Part shown: piece by piece, positions 38,365 through 48,683 of the stretch
How the letters are laid out: each line of letters opens with the position of its first letter
How positions within the stretch are numbered: position 1 is the first letter of the stretch
Assembly: GCA_964552755.1 (NCBI GenBank)
Contig: CAZKHX010000001.1
Coordinates: forward strand, 84,517-148,516
Direction of reading: 5' to 3'
Length of the DNA stretch: 64,000 nucleotides
From: Candidatus Micrarchaeota archaeon
GTDB taxonomy: Archaea; Micrarchaeota; Micrarchaeia; Anstonellales; Bilamarchaeaceae
Made by a program: the position numbers and the translations under genes
Notes under the pieces: model-generated
Seen by the model: the letters and a program-made list of their open reading frames with translations, nothing else
Database searches by the model: none
Told to the model about the DNA's origin: nothing

Positions 38365-40104
38365 ATGTGCGGCATAATCGGATACGTCGGAAGCCAGCGT
38401 GCCTCGGAGGTCATATTGAAGGGCCTCGAGACCCTGGAATACCGCGGCTACGATTCAGTCGGGGTCGCAATCGACACCCCCGAAGGGCTCGAAGTCCGCA
38501 AGGACAAGGGCATGGTGAAGCCCGTTTCTGATTCGCTTTCCCTTTCCTCAATGGAAGGCACGCTGGGCATAGGCCACACCCGCTGGGCAACGCACGGCAT
38601 CCCATGCCAGAAAAACGCCCACCCCCACACCGACCAACCCGGAGAATTCGCAATAGTGCATAACGGCGTCATCGAAAACTACCAGGAGCTCCGCGATGAG
38701 CTGAAAGCCGCCGGCCATGAATTCTCCTCAGAAACTGATTCGGAAATAGCCGCCCACCTCATCAGCCGCTGCGCCGCGGAGGGCAAGGACACATTCAACG
38801 CATTCCTTTCCGCGCTCAACCGCCTCAAGGGCTCGTTCGCAATTGTGCTGGTGAGGCACGGGGAACGCAAGATTTATGCAGCCCGCAGGAACAGCCCGCT
38901 CGTAATCGGCCTCGGGGAAGGCGAAAGCTTCGCCGCCTCGGACATCCCAGCCCTGCTTGATTACACAAAGAACTTCGCCGCCTTGGAAGAGGACGAAGTC
39001 GCAGTGCTTTCAGACTCCGGCGCGGAATTCTTCGACCTCGCTGGCAATGCAATCCCGAAGGAGTCATTTACGGTTGACTGGTCCCGCGAGATGGCGGAAA
39101 AGGGCGGCCATCCGCATTTCATGCTGAAGGAAATAGAGGAGCAGAAGACCAACATAAAGGAAACCCTCGCAGCGGATACGGAAGCCGCACGCGAGCTCCT
39201 CAGCTCCTTCCAGAAAGTGCACCTCATCGCATGCGGCACCTCCTACCACGCTTCCCTGATGTTCAAATACATTTCCCAGAAGTACCTCGGGAAGAGCTGC
39301 GACGCCGCAATTGCCTCCGAATACCCCTCAATCGCTTCCCCGGACAATGAAACCCTCGCAATCGCAATCACCCAGTCCGGGGAAACCTCGGACACCCTGC
39401 GCGCGGTGGAATACGCAAAATCCAATGGCGCAAAAGTCCTCGCCCTCACAAACGTGGTCGGCTCCTCAATCACCCGCCTCGCGGATGAGGTCGTCTACCT
39501 CAATGTGGGCCCCGAAGTTTCCGTAGCCGCAACAAAAACGTTTACTTCCCAGCTCGCGGTGATCTACAAGCTCCTTTTCCCCGGCAAAGACCTCTCAATA
39601 ATCCCGGAGCTCATCTCCAAGTCGATCAGCAACGGCAGCAAGCTCAAGGAAATTGCAGAGAAAATAAAGGGCAGCCAGAACATATTCTTCATCGGCCGCT
39701 CGCTTTCCCTCCCGATTACCATGGAGGGCGCCCTGAAGCTCAAGGAAATCTCCTACCTCCATGCGGAAGCATACCCCGGGGGCGAGCTCAAGCACGGCCC
39801 CCTCTCGTTGATAGAGGACGGCGTGCCGGTAATCGCCCTTGCCCCCAATGATGACTCAGTGTATAAGATGCTGGGCAACATAAAGGAGGTGCGGGCCCGC
39901 GGCGGATACGTAATCTCCCTTACAAATTCAAAGGAAATAGAAAGCGAATCCGACATCACAATCCCGCTGCCCGGCTCCGACCCGGTCTTCTACCCGTTCA
40001 CGATGGTTCTCCCGCTGCAGATGCTCGCCTACTACGTGAGCGTCGCCCGGGGAATAGACCCCGACCGCCCCCGCAACCTCGCAAAATCAGTAACGGTCGA
40101 ATAG
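38365..40104 (+). CDS. glmS: Glutamine--fructose-6-phosphate aminotransferase
   Basis: MCGIIG, HTRWATHG, HNGVIEN, SIS domains and the C-terminal RNLAKSVTVE. Confidence 0.98.
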   Translation: MCGIIGYVGSQRASEVILKGLETLEYRGYDSVGVAIDTPEGLEVRKDKGMVKPVSDSLSLSSMEGTLGIGHTRWATHGIPCQKNAHPHTDQPGEFAIVHNGVIENYQELRDELKAAGHEFSSETDSEIAAHLISRCAAEGKDTFNAFLSALNRLKGSFAIVLVRHGERKIYAARRNSPLVIGLGEGESFAASDIPALLDYTKNFAALEEDEVAVLSDSGAEFFDLAGNAIPKESFTVDWSREMAEKGGHPHFMLKEIEEQKTNIKETLAADTEAARELLSSFQKVHLIACGTSYHASLMFKYISQKYLGKSCDAAIASEYPSIASPDNETLAIAITQSGETSDTLRAVEYAKSNGAKVLALTNVVGSSITRLADEVVYLNVGPEVSVAATKTFTSQLAVIYKLLFPGKDLSIIPELISKSISNGSKLKEIAEKIKGSQNIFFIGRSLSLPITMEGALKLKEISYLHAEAYPGGELKHGPLSLIEDGVPVIALAPNDDSVYKMLGNIKEVRARGGYVISLTNSKEIESESDITIPLPGSDPVFYPFTMVLPLQMLAYYVSVARGIDPDRPRNLAKSVTVE

Positions 40105-40137
40105 CTTGCGCAGCCCATCCCATTCCGCACTCTGCAA

Positions 40138-40923
40138 TCAGCCCTCATCCCACCCTTCAATTATCTTGGGCACATCCTTTATCGAATCAATAACCGCGTC
40201 CGGCTTTATGGGGCTCTCAGCGGCATCCGCCTTCGTAGTGACCCCGGTGAGCACGAGTATGCTCCTCATCCCCTCCTTCTTTGCCATCATTATGTCGGTT
40301 TCCAGTTTATCCCCGACCATGACCGCGGCATCCTCCTTCAGCCCCTGCTCCTCCACAATGATGTCCAGCATCAGCCGGTGGGGCTTCCCTATCACAAAAG
40401 GCTTCTTTCCGGTTGAATAAGCAAGCGCGGAAACAATCGCGCCCGCGCCGGGCAGGAACCCCTCTTCCACAGGGTACATCGGGTCGTCGTTGCTCGCAAT
40501 GAACTCCGCGCCGTTGAGCAGCGCGCGGAAAGCAATGCTCAATTTCTCATAAGTAAGCTTCCTGTCAAGCCCCGCAACAACCACCCCGGCGCCCTCCCCG
40601 TCAACACAATTAATTCCCTGCGCCTCAAGCTCCTCCCTCATCCCGATGTTCAGCGCATAAACCGTTTTCCCGGGGAATTTTTCACGGATGTATTTCCCCG
40701 TTCCGTAGGAAGTTGAGTATACCTGCTCCAGCCCGCACTCAAACCCGCGTTCCTCCAGGAACTTGTGGAAATATTTCCGTGTTTTCGAGCCGTTGTTCGT
40801 GAGGAAGAACACCCTCTTCCCCGCCCCCGAAAGCGAGTTCACCGCTTCTGCCGCACCTTCAATCGCCTCCTTCCCGCGGTAGAGCACCCCGTCCATGTCG
40901 AATATTACGCTCTCTGCCCCCAT
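40138..40923 (-). CDS. HAD-superfamily IIA hydrolase (NagD-like)
   Basis: FDMDGVLY, LTNN, GKP, VGDKLETDI and VLTGVT motifs. Confidence 0.93.
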   Translation of the reverse strand: MGAESVIFDMDGVLYRGKEAIEGAAEAVNSLSGAGKRVFFLTNNGSKTRKYFHKFLEERGFECGLEQVYSTSYGTGKYIREKFPGKTVYALNIGMREELEAQGINCVDGEGAGVVVAGLDRKLTYEKLSIAFRALLNGAEFIASNDDPMYPVEEGFLPGAGAIVSALAYSTGKKPFVIGKPHRLMLDIIVEEQGLKEDAAVMVGDKLETDIMMAKKEGMRSILVLTGVTTKADAAESPIKPDAVIDSIKDVPKIIEGWDEG

Positions 40924-40974
40924 GTGCGGGTTTCCATCCCCATTCTTTTAACCCTTTCCGGCCAAATCCCATCC

Positions 40975-41619
40975 ATGCAGAGGGTTGCCTGCCTTTTCTC
41001 GGGGGGAAAGGATTCCGCCGCCTCCCTTTTCTGGGCAGTATTCAGCGGCTTCGACCCGATACTGGTCACGGTGGTCCCCGAGCCCTACTCCATGATGTTC
41101 CACCACCAGAACGCAAAGTGGACAAAGCTGCAGGCCGAGGCCTGCAAAATCCCCCAGATATTCGTGGAGCCCAAGGAGGGCGAGGACGACCTCCAGATCA
41201 CGAAGGAAATACTCTCCGAGCTCAACGTGGACGGCATAGTCGCCGGCGCGCTCGAAAGCGAGTACCAGCGCGAAAGAATAGAAAAAATCGGGGAAGAGCT
41301 CAAGCTCGTGACCTACCGCCCGCTCTGGCACAAGAGCGAAAAGACCTATGAGGACATAATCAACGAGTTCGAAATCTACATCACGGGCGTTTCCGCGGGG
41401 GGCCTCGGCCCGGAGCTTCTCGGCGCCCGCTTCTCGAAAATGCAAAAGCCAAACATCCACCCCTTTTTCGAGGGCGGCGAAGGCGAAACCTTCGTGTGCG
41501 ACGCCCCCTTCTTCGAAAAAAGGATAGTGGTGGACGAATGGAAGAAGGAATGGGACGGCGTGCGCGGCACCGCCGAAATAGCAAAGGCGCACCTTGAGGA
41601 AAAGCAATATAAACAATAG
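40975..41619 (+). CDS. dph6: Diphthine--ammonia ligase
   Basis: SGGKDS PP-loop, YSMMFH, GALESEYQR, PLW and EGGEGET motifs. Confidence 0.88.
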   Translation: MQRVACLFSGGKDSAASLFWAVFSGFDPILVTVVPEPYSMMFHHQNAKWTKLQAEACKIPQIFVEPKEGEDDLQITKEILSELNVDGIVAGALESEYQRERIEKIGEELKLVTYRPLWHKSEKTYEDIINEFEIYITGVSAGGLGPELLGARFSKMQKPNIHPFFEGGEGETFVCDAPFFEKRIVVDEWKKEWDGVRGTAEIAKAHLEEKQYKQ

Positions 41620-41637
41620 AAATGGTAGGTTTCCCGC

Positions 41638-42951
41638 ATGAGCCTTGCAATAAAGGGCAGCTCGCGCCCTGCGCTGACACTTTTCGTTTTCATAATAATA
41701 GCGATAATAGTTGGCAGCCTCATCACAACCCTGGATTACTTCTGGGTGATGCTCATCCCAAACCTCTTCCTGCTCGCCCTCACCGTAACCTTCCTCACCG
41801 CATATTTCGAGATGGGCAAGCCCAGGCACCTGCAGAAGCTGGAGAAATACCCCTCCCTCACAGTGCTCATCCCCTGCTACAATTCCCTAGGCACGATAAA
41901 GGAATGCCTCAGCACAGCAAAGGCCTCGGACTACCCCGGGGAAATGGAAATCGTGGTAATAGATGACGGCAGCACGGACGGCTCCCGCGAGTGGCTCAAA
42001 GGGCAAAAAGGCATAACCGTAATGCTCAAGGAAAAGAACGCGGGCAAGGCCGCCGCATTGAATTCCGCAATCCCGGGCGCAACGGGCACAGTAGTCGCCT
42101 GCGTGGACTCTGACACCTACCTTGAGAAGGGCACCCTAAAGCACGCAGTGGAGAAGCTCATGGAAAACAAAAATTTCGGCGCGGTAACCTGCTTCATAAA
42201 AGTGGCAAACCCGGACAACCTCCTGAGGAAAATCCAGCAGATAGAGTACTATACCGGCTTCGGTTTTGCCGCAATGGTAACATCCTTCATGGACGCCATT
42301 TTCGTCACCCCCGGCCCCACAACAGTATTCCGCAAGGACGCCCTCGTGAAAATCGGCATGTACGACGAGAAGAACATCACTGAGGACCTCGAGATCGCAT
42401 GGCGCCTCAGGAAGTTCGGCTACCGCATTGCATATTCCGTGAATTCCATAGTCCACACAGAAGTGCCCGGCAACATGAAGGACCTCCTGCGCCAGCGCCT
42501 GCGCTGGTACCGCGGCAAGCTCTTCAACCTGCGCAAATATTCAGACATGATGTTCAACCCGAAATACGGCAATTTCGGCGTTTTCGTTTTCCCCTTCTCC
42601 TTTTCCGCGGAGCTCGCAGGCCTCGTGCTCACCTTCTCCTTCGGCTTCATCCTCTCCAAGCAGATAATATGGCTCTTTCGCCTGCTCAATTCCTACTGGT
42701 ACCTCAACTCATTCACGCTCGACATGTCCGGCTTCGTGGTGGTGGGGACTTCCGCAATAGTGATGGGCCTCATACTGGTGCTCCCATGGTTCTTCGCGGT
42801 CTACATCTCCCATGCAATCGCAAAGAAAAAGGCAACTCTCACCGACATCCCATCAATCTTCCTGTTTCTTATATTTTACGGAACCTTCATTTCGTTTGTT
42901 TACTCGCTTTCCTTCTTCAAGGAAGTGAACCGGAGTGATTACAGATGGTGA
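41638..42951 (+). CDS. Processive membrane glycosyltransferase family 2 (PgaC/IcaA-like)
   Basis: DDGSTD, GKAAALN, DSD, TED and QRLRW motifs with N- and C-terminal TMs. Confidence 0.92.
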   Translation: MSLAIKGSSRPALTLFVFIIIAIIVGSLITTLDYFWVMLIPNLFLLALTVTFLTAYFEMGKPRHLQKLEKYPSLTVLIPCYNSLGTIKECLSTAKASDYPGEMEIVVIDDGSTDGSREWLKGQKGITVMLKEKNAGKAAALNSAIPGATGTVVACVDSDTYLEKGTLKHAVEKLMENKNFGAVTCFIKVANPDNLLRKIQQIEYYTGFGFAAMVTSFMDAIFVTPGPTTVFRKDALVKIGMYDEKNITEDLEIAWRLRKFGYRIAYSVNSIVHTEVPGNMKDLLRQRLRWYRGKLFNLRKYSDMMFNPKYGNFGVFVFPFSFSAELAGLVLTFSFGFILSKQIIWLFRLLNSYWYLNSFTLDMSGFVVVGTSAIVMGLILVLPWFFAVYISHAIAKKKATLTDIPSIFLFLIFYGTFISFVYSLSFFKEVNRSDYRW

Positions 42952-43607
42952 ACGGAAACGGAATCAGCCGCGGGACGTACCTCAAGGCAGGCATAGCAAC
43001 CTTCCTGCTGTTCGCAGTTTCCCTTTCAATCGGCTACTGGCTCGAAACGCAGGAGTATTCCCAGCTCGAGAGCCGCATTTCCGCGCTCAACGACCAGAGC
43101 GAAACCTCGTTCCTGATGATGTTCTTCCTCTCCTCTGCGCAGAACACTTCCTCAATGTGCGGCGTGCTCCGCGCGGAGCTCAACGAAAGCGAGGCCGAGG
43201 CCTATTCCCTCTACCTTGCGCTCGAGAGCGAGGGCGGCGCAAGCGTAATCCGCAACTATGAGGAGCTCAGGAGGAGCTACTTCCTTGCGAACACCCGGTA
43301 TTACCTGTTGCTGAGGCAGTACATCGATACCTGCGACGATCCGCTCCCGCAGCCCATCCTCTTCTTTTACTATGCCAACCTCGACTGCCCGGAATGCATT
43401 GCGCAGGGGAAAGTGCTCGACCAGGTGCGCTACGAATGCCCCAATGCATACGTATTCGCATTCCCGGCCGATGCCGACCTCAAGATGGTGGACGTGTTCA
43501 CCACATATTACGGCATTGAGGGCGCGCCTTCCCTCGTGCTGGGAGAAACCGCTTACAACGGCCTCACCACTAAGGAAGAGATAAAGGCGAAGATAGGGTG
43601 CGGGTAG
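42945..43607 (+). CDS. Membrane-anchored extracellular thioredoxin-fold protein
   Basis: N-terminal TM, CPEC motif and a downstream APSL cis-Pro-like segment. Confidence 0.7.
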   Translation: MVNGNGISRGTYLKAGIATFLLFAVSLSIGYWLETQEYSQLESRISALNDQSETSFLMMFFLSSAQNTSSMCGVLRAELNESEAEAYSLYLALESEGGASVIRNYEELRRSYFLANTRYYLLLRQYIDTCDDPLPQPILFFYYANLDCPECIAQGKVLDQVRYECPNAYVFAFPADADLKMVDVFTTYYGIEGAPSLVLGETAYNGLTTKEEIKAKIGCG

Positions 43608-44558
43608 ATGCTGCTCCTTTACCAGGGCGACGGGTTCAACGCGAATTTCTTCCGCCATGCAGGCCTTGAAGTTGACAATTCATTTTACCTTGAAGACGGG
43701 GAGGAGCGCCTCCTGCTCGTGCACAAGATGAACGAATGCTACGCAGAGGACAATTTCAGCGGCAAGGTGCTCACCTATTCCCGCAACCCGATGAAGAGCC
43801 TCGAAAAGCTCCTCCGCAGGAAAAAGGTGGAGGCCGACCTCCGCTCCCTGCCCGCCAGCCTCTACGCCCGCCTCTCCTCCTTCTGCAAGCCGGAAGACGT
43901 TTCCAGGGAGCTTGCAAGGGAGCGGATGCGCAAGTCGCCCGGGGAAGCGGAAACAATCGCAGAAGCGACCGAAGCCACCCGCGAGCTCCTCCGCTCCCAC
44001 ATGGACTCCTTCGGCAAAACAGGCAAATCAGTTTACAATTCCCTGCTCGCAAAAACCTACCGCGCAGGCCTCTCGCCCGCGTTCGACCCAATAGTCTCCT
44101 CAGGGGAAGCGACCTCCTACCCGCACTCCCTCCCCTCAAAGGAAAAGATGCACGACCTACTGATGCTCGATTACGGCGTGCGCAAGGACAGGTACTGCTC
44201 GGACCTCACCCGCGTTTATTTTGAGGGCCGCAACGGAGAGCAAAGGAAAATCTACGAGTTCCTGCAGGGGGTGGTTGGCGAGCTGGTTGAGATGCTCCCC
44301 GAGTTCGGGAATGCAAGGGAGCTCGCGATGCATGCGGAGTCCCTTTTCAGGAAAGCGAAGGTGCACCTGCCCCCACATTCTTTTGGCCACGGAGTCGGCC
44401 TCGAAGTGCACGAGTTCCCAATAATCTCCCGCTATTCCAAGCACAGGCTTGACAACTGCGTGTTCACGCTCGAGCCCGCAGCCTACTTCCCGGGCCGCTA
44501 TGGCCTCCGCTACGAAGAAGTAATCTACTTTGACGGCAAAAAGGGAAAGATACTGTAA
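43608..44558 (+). CDS. Xaa-Pro aminopeptidase (M24 family)
   Basis: LDYG..YCSDLTR, HSFGHGVGLEVHE, TLEP and RYEE metal ligands. Confidence 0.92.
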   Translation: MLLLYQGDGFNANFFRHAGLEVDNSFYLEDGEERLLLVHKMNECYAEDNFSGKVLTYSRNPMKSLEKLLRRKKVEADLRSLPASLYARLSSFCKPEDVSRELARERMRKSPGEAETIAEATEATRELLRSHMDSFGKTGKSVYNSLLAKTYRAGLSPAFDPIVSSGEATSYPHSLPSKEKMHDLLMLDYGVRKDRYCSDLTRVYFEGRNGEQRKIYEFLQGVVGELVEMLPEFGNARELAMHAESLFRKAKVHLPPHSFGHGVGLEVHEFPIISRYSKHRLDNCVFTLEPAAYFPGRYGLRYEEVIYFDGKKGKIL

Positions 44559-44613
44559 TTTTTTTTCCGCTGTTAAAATTGGTTTTATAAACCTTATCGG
44601 GGCAATCCGTGCA

Positions 44614-44937
44614 ATGGCCAAACCCGAAAAAACCGTTCTCCTAGTGGAATTGGTCGAAGCCCTCAGCTGCGGCATGGAACGCAACCGCCCCAGCATCATC
44701 AGGCTCACCACCGAATTGCTTGAAGAATTGACCCCCCGGAAGCTTATGGAGGAAGTGCAAGACAACCTTGGCAACCGCACGCTCAGGTGGAAAGACCGCA
44801 ACGAATGGATGTCCCTGGTCACGCAGGTAAGCAGGAGAATCCACTCAACAATACCTCCTGCCCGCCCAATTTTCCCCAGGCAGAGGCGCCAGTTCGCACC
44901 GCCCCTCCCGGTGAGGGATGCAATAAACAGAAGATAG
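44614..44937 (+). CDS. Small hypothetical protein
   Basis: TTTTATAAA at 44583-44591, about 25 nt upstream of the ATG; fills the intergenic gap. Confidence 0.6.
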   Translation: MAKPEKTVLLVELVEALSCGMERNRPSIIRLTTELLEELTPRKLMEEVQDNLGNRTLRWKDRNEWMSLVTQVSRRIHSTIPPARPIFPRQRRQFAPPLPVRDAINRR

Positions 44938-44962
44938 GGACCCGGCCCCCCCGAAAATAGCA

Positions 44963-45529
44963 TTATACTGCCGAAAGGAAGTTCTCCAATATCTTTTCCC
45001 CGTTCTCAGTATGCCACACTTCCGGGTGGAACTGCGTGCCGAAAATCTTCCGCTCCCTGTGCCTCATCGCCTCCACCATGCAAGTTCCGGAATGCGCAAG
45101 CGCCGCAAACCCCTCCGGCAGCTCCTTCACCTCATCAAAATGCGAAACCCACGCCTTGAATTCCCCGGGCAAATCCCTGAAAAGCAGATCCTCCTCGTCC
45201 ACAGTAATGGTGCCCAGCCCGTACTCTGCCGAAGCGCCCTTCTCCACCCTTCCCCCGAGCACGTGCGCGATCAATTGATGGCCGAAGCATATCCCCAGCA
45301 GGGGCATATCCCAGCCCCCGCCCACTTTCTTCACTATTGCCTCCCCCAGCCCGAGGTTCCCCTCGGTAACCGATGAAGGCCCCCCTGAAAGTATGACCGC
45401 TTCCGCACCCTCGGCATCCCCCATGCCCCCGCTCTTGTTATTGATGACCGTTGCTTCCTTCCCCAGGTCGCGCATGTTCCTCTTTATCAGGTGCGTGTAC
45501 TGCGAGCCCATGTCCACGATTGCGATCAT
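44963..45529 (-). CDS. guaAA: GMP synthase glutamine amidotransferase subunit A
   Basis: DMGSQYT, LSGGP, LGICFGHQ and QFHPEV catalytic triad motifs. Confidence 0.93.
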   Translation of the reverse strand: MIAIVDMGSQYTHLIKRNMRDLGKEATVINNKSGGMGDAEGAEAVILSGGPSSVTEGNLGLGEAIVKKVGGGWDMPLLGICFGHQLIAHVLGGRVEKGASAEYGLGTITVDEEDLLFRDLPGEFKAWVSHFDEVKELPEGFAALAHSGTCMVEAMRHRERKIFGTQFHPEVWHTENGEKILENFLSAV

Positions 45530-45580
45530 TGCTTGTTCCTTGGCGCAACCTCTTTTTAAGCTTCCCTCCGATTTGCACCC

Positions 45581-46543
45581 ATGGACATAATCTCGTTCAA
45601 AAGCAACGCCCTTGTTCTCCTGGACCAGAGGAAGCTCCCGCTGAAAGAGGAGCATGTAAGATGCAAAACCTACGCCCAGGCTGCAAAGGCAATCAGCAGC
45701 ATGGCCGTGCGCGGCGCTCCCGCAATCTCCGTTGCCGCGGCCTATGGCTACGCCCTCGGCATAAGGGCGGGAAAGGAAAAGCAGGCATACAAATCGCTCC
45801 TTACCTCCCGCCCCACCGCGGTCGACCTTGCAAACGCCCTCAGCTGGATGAGAAACCAACTACCTGCAAAAAATCCTGTTGCGCTCGCAAAGCAATGGGA
45901 AAACAGCGTTTACGAAAAATGCAAAAAGCTCTCAATGCATGGCCAGAAGCTCATCAGGAAAAATGCAAAAGTGATGACGCACTGCAACACTGGCCCCCTC
46001 GCGGTGGGCAGGTACGGCACGGCCCTCGGCGCAATCGCATTTGCGCAGGCAAAGGGCAAAGCCCCATTCGTATGGGCAAAGGAAACCCGCCCCCGCTTCC
46101 AGGGCGCCCTCACTTCATGGGAGCTCTCCAAATGGAAAATAAGGCATAATGTGGTCTGCGATTCCGCAGCCGCCTCCCTCATGAAGGCAGGGGAAGTGGA
46201 CCTCGTAATCCTCGGTGCGGACCGCATCTGCAAAAACGGCGATGTCGCGAACAAAATCGGCACATATTCCCTTGCAGTGCTTGCGAAGGCGCACAAAATC
46301 CCCTTCTACGTTGCAGCCCCCACCTCCACATTAAGCGGCCTCAGCTCAGGCAGGCAAATCAAAATTGAGCAGCGCGATGAGGGCGAGGTATTGGAAGTGC
46401 GGGGAAGGCGCATTTACCCAAAAGGCGCAAAGGCAGTCAACCCCGCATTTGACATAACACCCGCATCCCTCATCACTGCATACGTTACCGAAAACGGGAC
46501 CTTCCGCAGCGCAGGTGCACTATGGAAGCATACGAAGGCGTAA
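45581..46543 (+). CDS. mtnA: S-methyl-5-thioribose-1-phosphate isomerase
   Basis: LDQRKLP, VRGAPAI, SRPTAVDL, THCNTG.LA, ETRP, GADRI..NGD.ANKIGT and NPAFD motifs. Confidence 0.88.
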   Translation: MDIISFKSNALVLLDQRKLPLKEEHVRCKTYAQAAKAISSMAVRGAPAISVAAAYGYALGIRAGKEKQAYKSLLTSRPTAVDLANALSWMRNQLPAKNPVALAKQWENSVYEKCKKLSMHGQKLIRKNAKVMTHCNTGPLAVGRYGTALGAIAFAQAKGKAPFVWAKETRPRFQGALTSWELSKWKIRHNVVCDSAAASLMKAGEVDLVILGADRICKNGDVANKIGTYSLAVLAKAHKIPFYVAAPTSTLSGLSSGRQIKIEQRDEGEVLEVRGRRIYPKGAKAVNPAFDITPASLITAYVTENGTFRSAGALWKHTKA

Positions 46544-47061
46544 AGTTCAACGCAAAAATCGCCCCGGGCGCAGTCCCGGAGGAGTGCGCGGAACGCCTCC
46601 TCTCAATAGACAGGGAGCTACACCCCTTCCTCTCCCCAATCGCAAACGAAGGAAACCTAAGCGTGCTCTGCGGCCGCGGGTTCGTGATAAAGGGCGCGGG
46701 CTCGCGCCTTACCCTGCTGAAGAAGGAAAACCTCTCCTACGTTGCCGCGCTGAATGAAAAGGAATTCTCGGCAACCGCAATCGGCGCGGAGCCTTCCTCC
46801 GAATCCTTCATGCACCACTTCGTCTACCGCACGGTCCCTGCAAAGGCAATCCTGCATTTCCACCACGATGAGCTCCTGCAGGCAAGGCACCCCTACCCTT
46901 CCGTCCCGAAGCTCGAATACGGCTCCCTGCAGCTCGCGCAGGCAATTTCCATGCAGGCAAGGAAAAGCAAAGTAATAGTGATGCAGGGCCACGGCTTCCT
47001 GATCTGGGCGGAAAGCGGAGACGAGCTCCTCTCCCTCCTCGCAGAGCTCCTTGGCTACTGA
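46522..47061 (+). CDS. Class II aldolase/adducin family protein
   Basis: EGNLS, PSSE..MH, HFH and GHG metal-binding motifs; overlaps mtnA. Confidence 0.8.
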   Translation: MEAYEGVKFNAKIAPGAVPEECAERLLSIDRELHPFLSPIANEGNLSVLCGRGFVIKGAGSRLTLLKKENLSYVAALNEKEFSATAIGAEPSSESFMHHFVYRTVPAKAILHFHHDELLQARHPYPSVPKLEYGSLQLAQAISMQARKSKVIVMQGHGFLIWAESGDELLSLLAELLGY

Positions 47062-47096
47062 ATGTGGAGCTCAGCCAGGCCCGCCGGGCTACTGGC

Positions 47097-48611
47097 CTAT
47101 TGGCCTACCCCGGCATATTCACTGTTCTGCTCCACCCATTCTCCCCAGCCGAGCTTCGGCTCGTCATCTGCGGTGCGCAGCCCCTGCGTGCAGATGAACT
47201 CCTCGAAATAATCCAGGTACTCCGCATCAACAGTCATGCCTTCAGTGATGAAGCTCTCCGCCGCCTCTTCGCAGCCCGAGCCCACGTCATGCGAGTCAAA
47301 CCACGTGAGGAAAAGCACCCTGCCCTTCTTCTCTTCAAGTATGGAATATACCTCTTCCACGTACTCCGCCTGCTTTTCCTCCGAGGAATGCAGCGTCTCC
47401 GAGCTCGACCATCCCGTTTCGGTCATTGCCCACGGCTTGGGGGAAACAGAATCAATCCCGTCAAAGTATTCCTGCGCCTCTTCCACGCTCCTGTTGAACG
47501 CAAACTTGTCCCCGTGTATGTAAAGGGTAAACGCATTGAAGTCGCCCACGTCCGCAAGCTCCTCAATGATATATGTGGTATTCGTGTCCTTCGCATAATG
47601 GTACGCAAACACGGTCCCCACTTTCAGGCCCGGGTGCCTCTCCTTCACCCTGTCATACACGTACGAGTAAAATTCCCTGAACTCATCAACCTCATCCGGA
47701 TGCTCCCCAAGGTAGATGTTCACCTCGTTCCCTATCTCCAGGTATTCAAGATTTTCATACCTGTCCGCAACCCTGATTGCATAGTCCGCAAAGTGCTCCT
47801 TGAGCCTCGCATCATCAAACCCATTGAACCCGACCTCGTCCGGCAGCTCGCCGATCTGGTTGGTATATATTATACTAATTACAAGCGACATGTCAAACCC
47901 ATACAGCTCATTCAATTCCATCATGTAATCCAGCATTTCCCAGTCGTATTCCCCAGGTTCGTATTCCACCCCTCCCCAGGAGGTATATGTGTGCCCTACG
48001 CTCCCCCCTGATTCGCGCACGGCCTCCGCCGCGCTGCAGAACTGCGCCATGAACTCATTCTCTTCGCCCGGGATGATTACCATGCCTGTCCTGCCGCTCC
48101 CTGTTTGCTTGGGCGGCCTCACCCACGAGCATTCCGCGCTATTGATTATCTCATCCGCGGCGCTTTCATCAAAATGCCCCACAAGGCACCCCACTCCCAA
48201 TAGATACGTATTGCAGTTGCAGAAAACCAGCCTGTTCCTTGAATGGAAAACCGAGCCGTCTTCGCCCTCCGCATCGAATTCCACAATATCCCCGTCCCAT
48301 TCCGCGTCAAAGCTCCTGCCTATCTCCGCCCTGAGCATCGCGGGCACCGCACCGTATTTCTTCACATTGAGAGCGCAGTACGCATCCGCCGCAAGAAGCG
48401 AATCCTCGGCCAGCTGGTTCTCCATCACCACCCAGCCCGAGGGGTATTCTATTGAAAAGTCGCCCTCCGAAAACACTTCATTCTCCGCCACGATTGGCCC
48501 GGGGACCTTGGGCACTTCCGGCCCCTCCGGCACAGTGGGTTCCTGGGGCGCCTGCTGCGGGCACCCGAGCATCAGCAAAAGCAGCATCCCAAAAGCAAGA
48601 ACGCGTTTCAT
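47097..48611 (-). CDS. Lipoprotein with PsbP-like domain and clan GH-A glycoside hydrolase-like TIM barrel
   Basis: Lipobox LMLGC, FSIEYPSGW, WGGVEYEPGEYDW, IGNEVN (acid/base) and MTETGW (nucleophile). Start trimmed to MKRVL. Confidence 0.75.
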   Translation of the reverse strand: MKRVLAFGMLLLLMLGCPQQAPQEPTVPEGPEVPKVPGPIVAENEVFSEGDFSIEYPSGWVVMENQLAEDSLLAADAYCALNVKKYGAVPAMLRAEIGRSFDAEWDGDIVEFDAEGEDGSVFHSRNRLVFCNCNTYLLGVGCLVGHFDESAADEIINSAECSWVRPPKQTGSGRTGMVIIPGEENEFMAQFCSAAEAVRESGGSVGHTYTSWGGVEYEPGEYDWEMLDYMMELNELYGFDMSLVISIIYTNQIGELPDEVGFNGFDDARLKEHFADYAIRVADRYENLEYLEIGNEVNIYLGEHPDEVDEFREFYSYVYDRVKERHPGLKVGTVFAYHYAKDTNTTYIIEELADVGDFNAFTLYIHGDKFAFNRSVEEAQEYFDGIDSVSPKPWAMTETGWSSSETLHSSEEKQAEYVEEVYSILEEKKGRVLFLTWFDSHDVGSGCEEAAESFITEGMTVDAEYLDYFEEFICTQGLRTADDEPKLGWGEWVEQNSEYAGVGQ

Positions 48612-48629
48612 GCACGCGCTTTCCATCCG

Positions 48630-48655
48630 CAGGTTTTTATGCGTTCAGGGCGCCC
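48630..48655 (-). repeat. 26-bp direct repeat copy 1 (promoter of the lipoprotein gene)
   Basis: caggtttttatgcgttcagggcgccc; 25/26 identical to 49735-49760. Confidence 0.85.
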
Positions 48656-48683
48656 ATCCCGCACTTAGCAGCGCCCATACACT

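Noticed and set aside
45581-46543. eIF-2B subunit or ribose-1,5-bisphosphate isomerase call
   Set aside because: LDQRxLP, THCNTGxLA and ETRP fit MtnA better. A phylogeny would be needed to exclude the alternatives fully.
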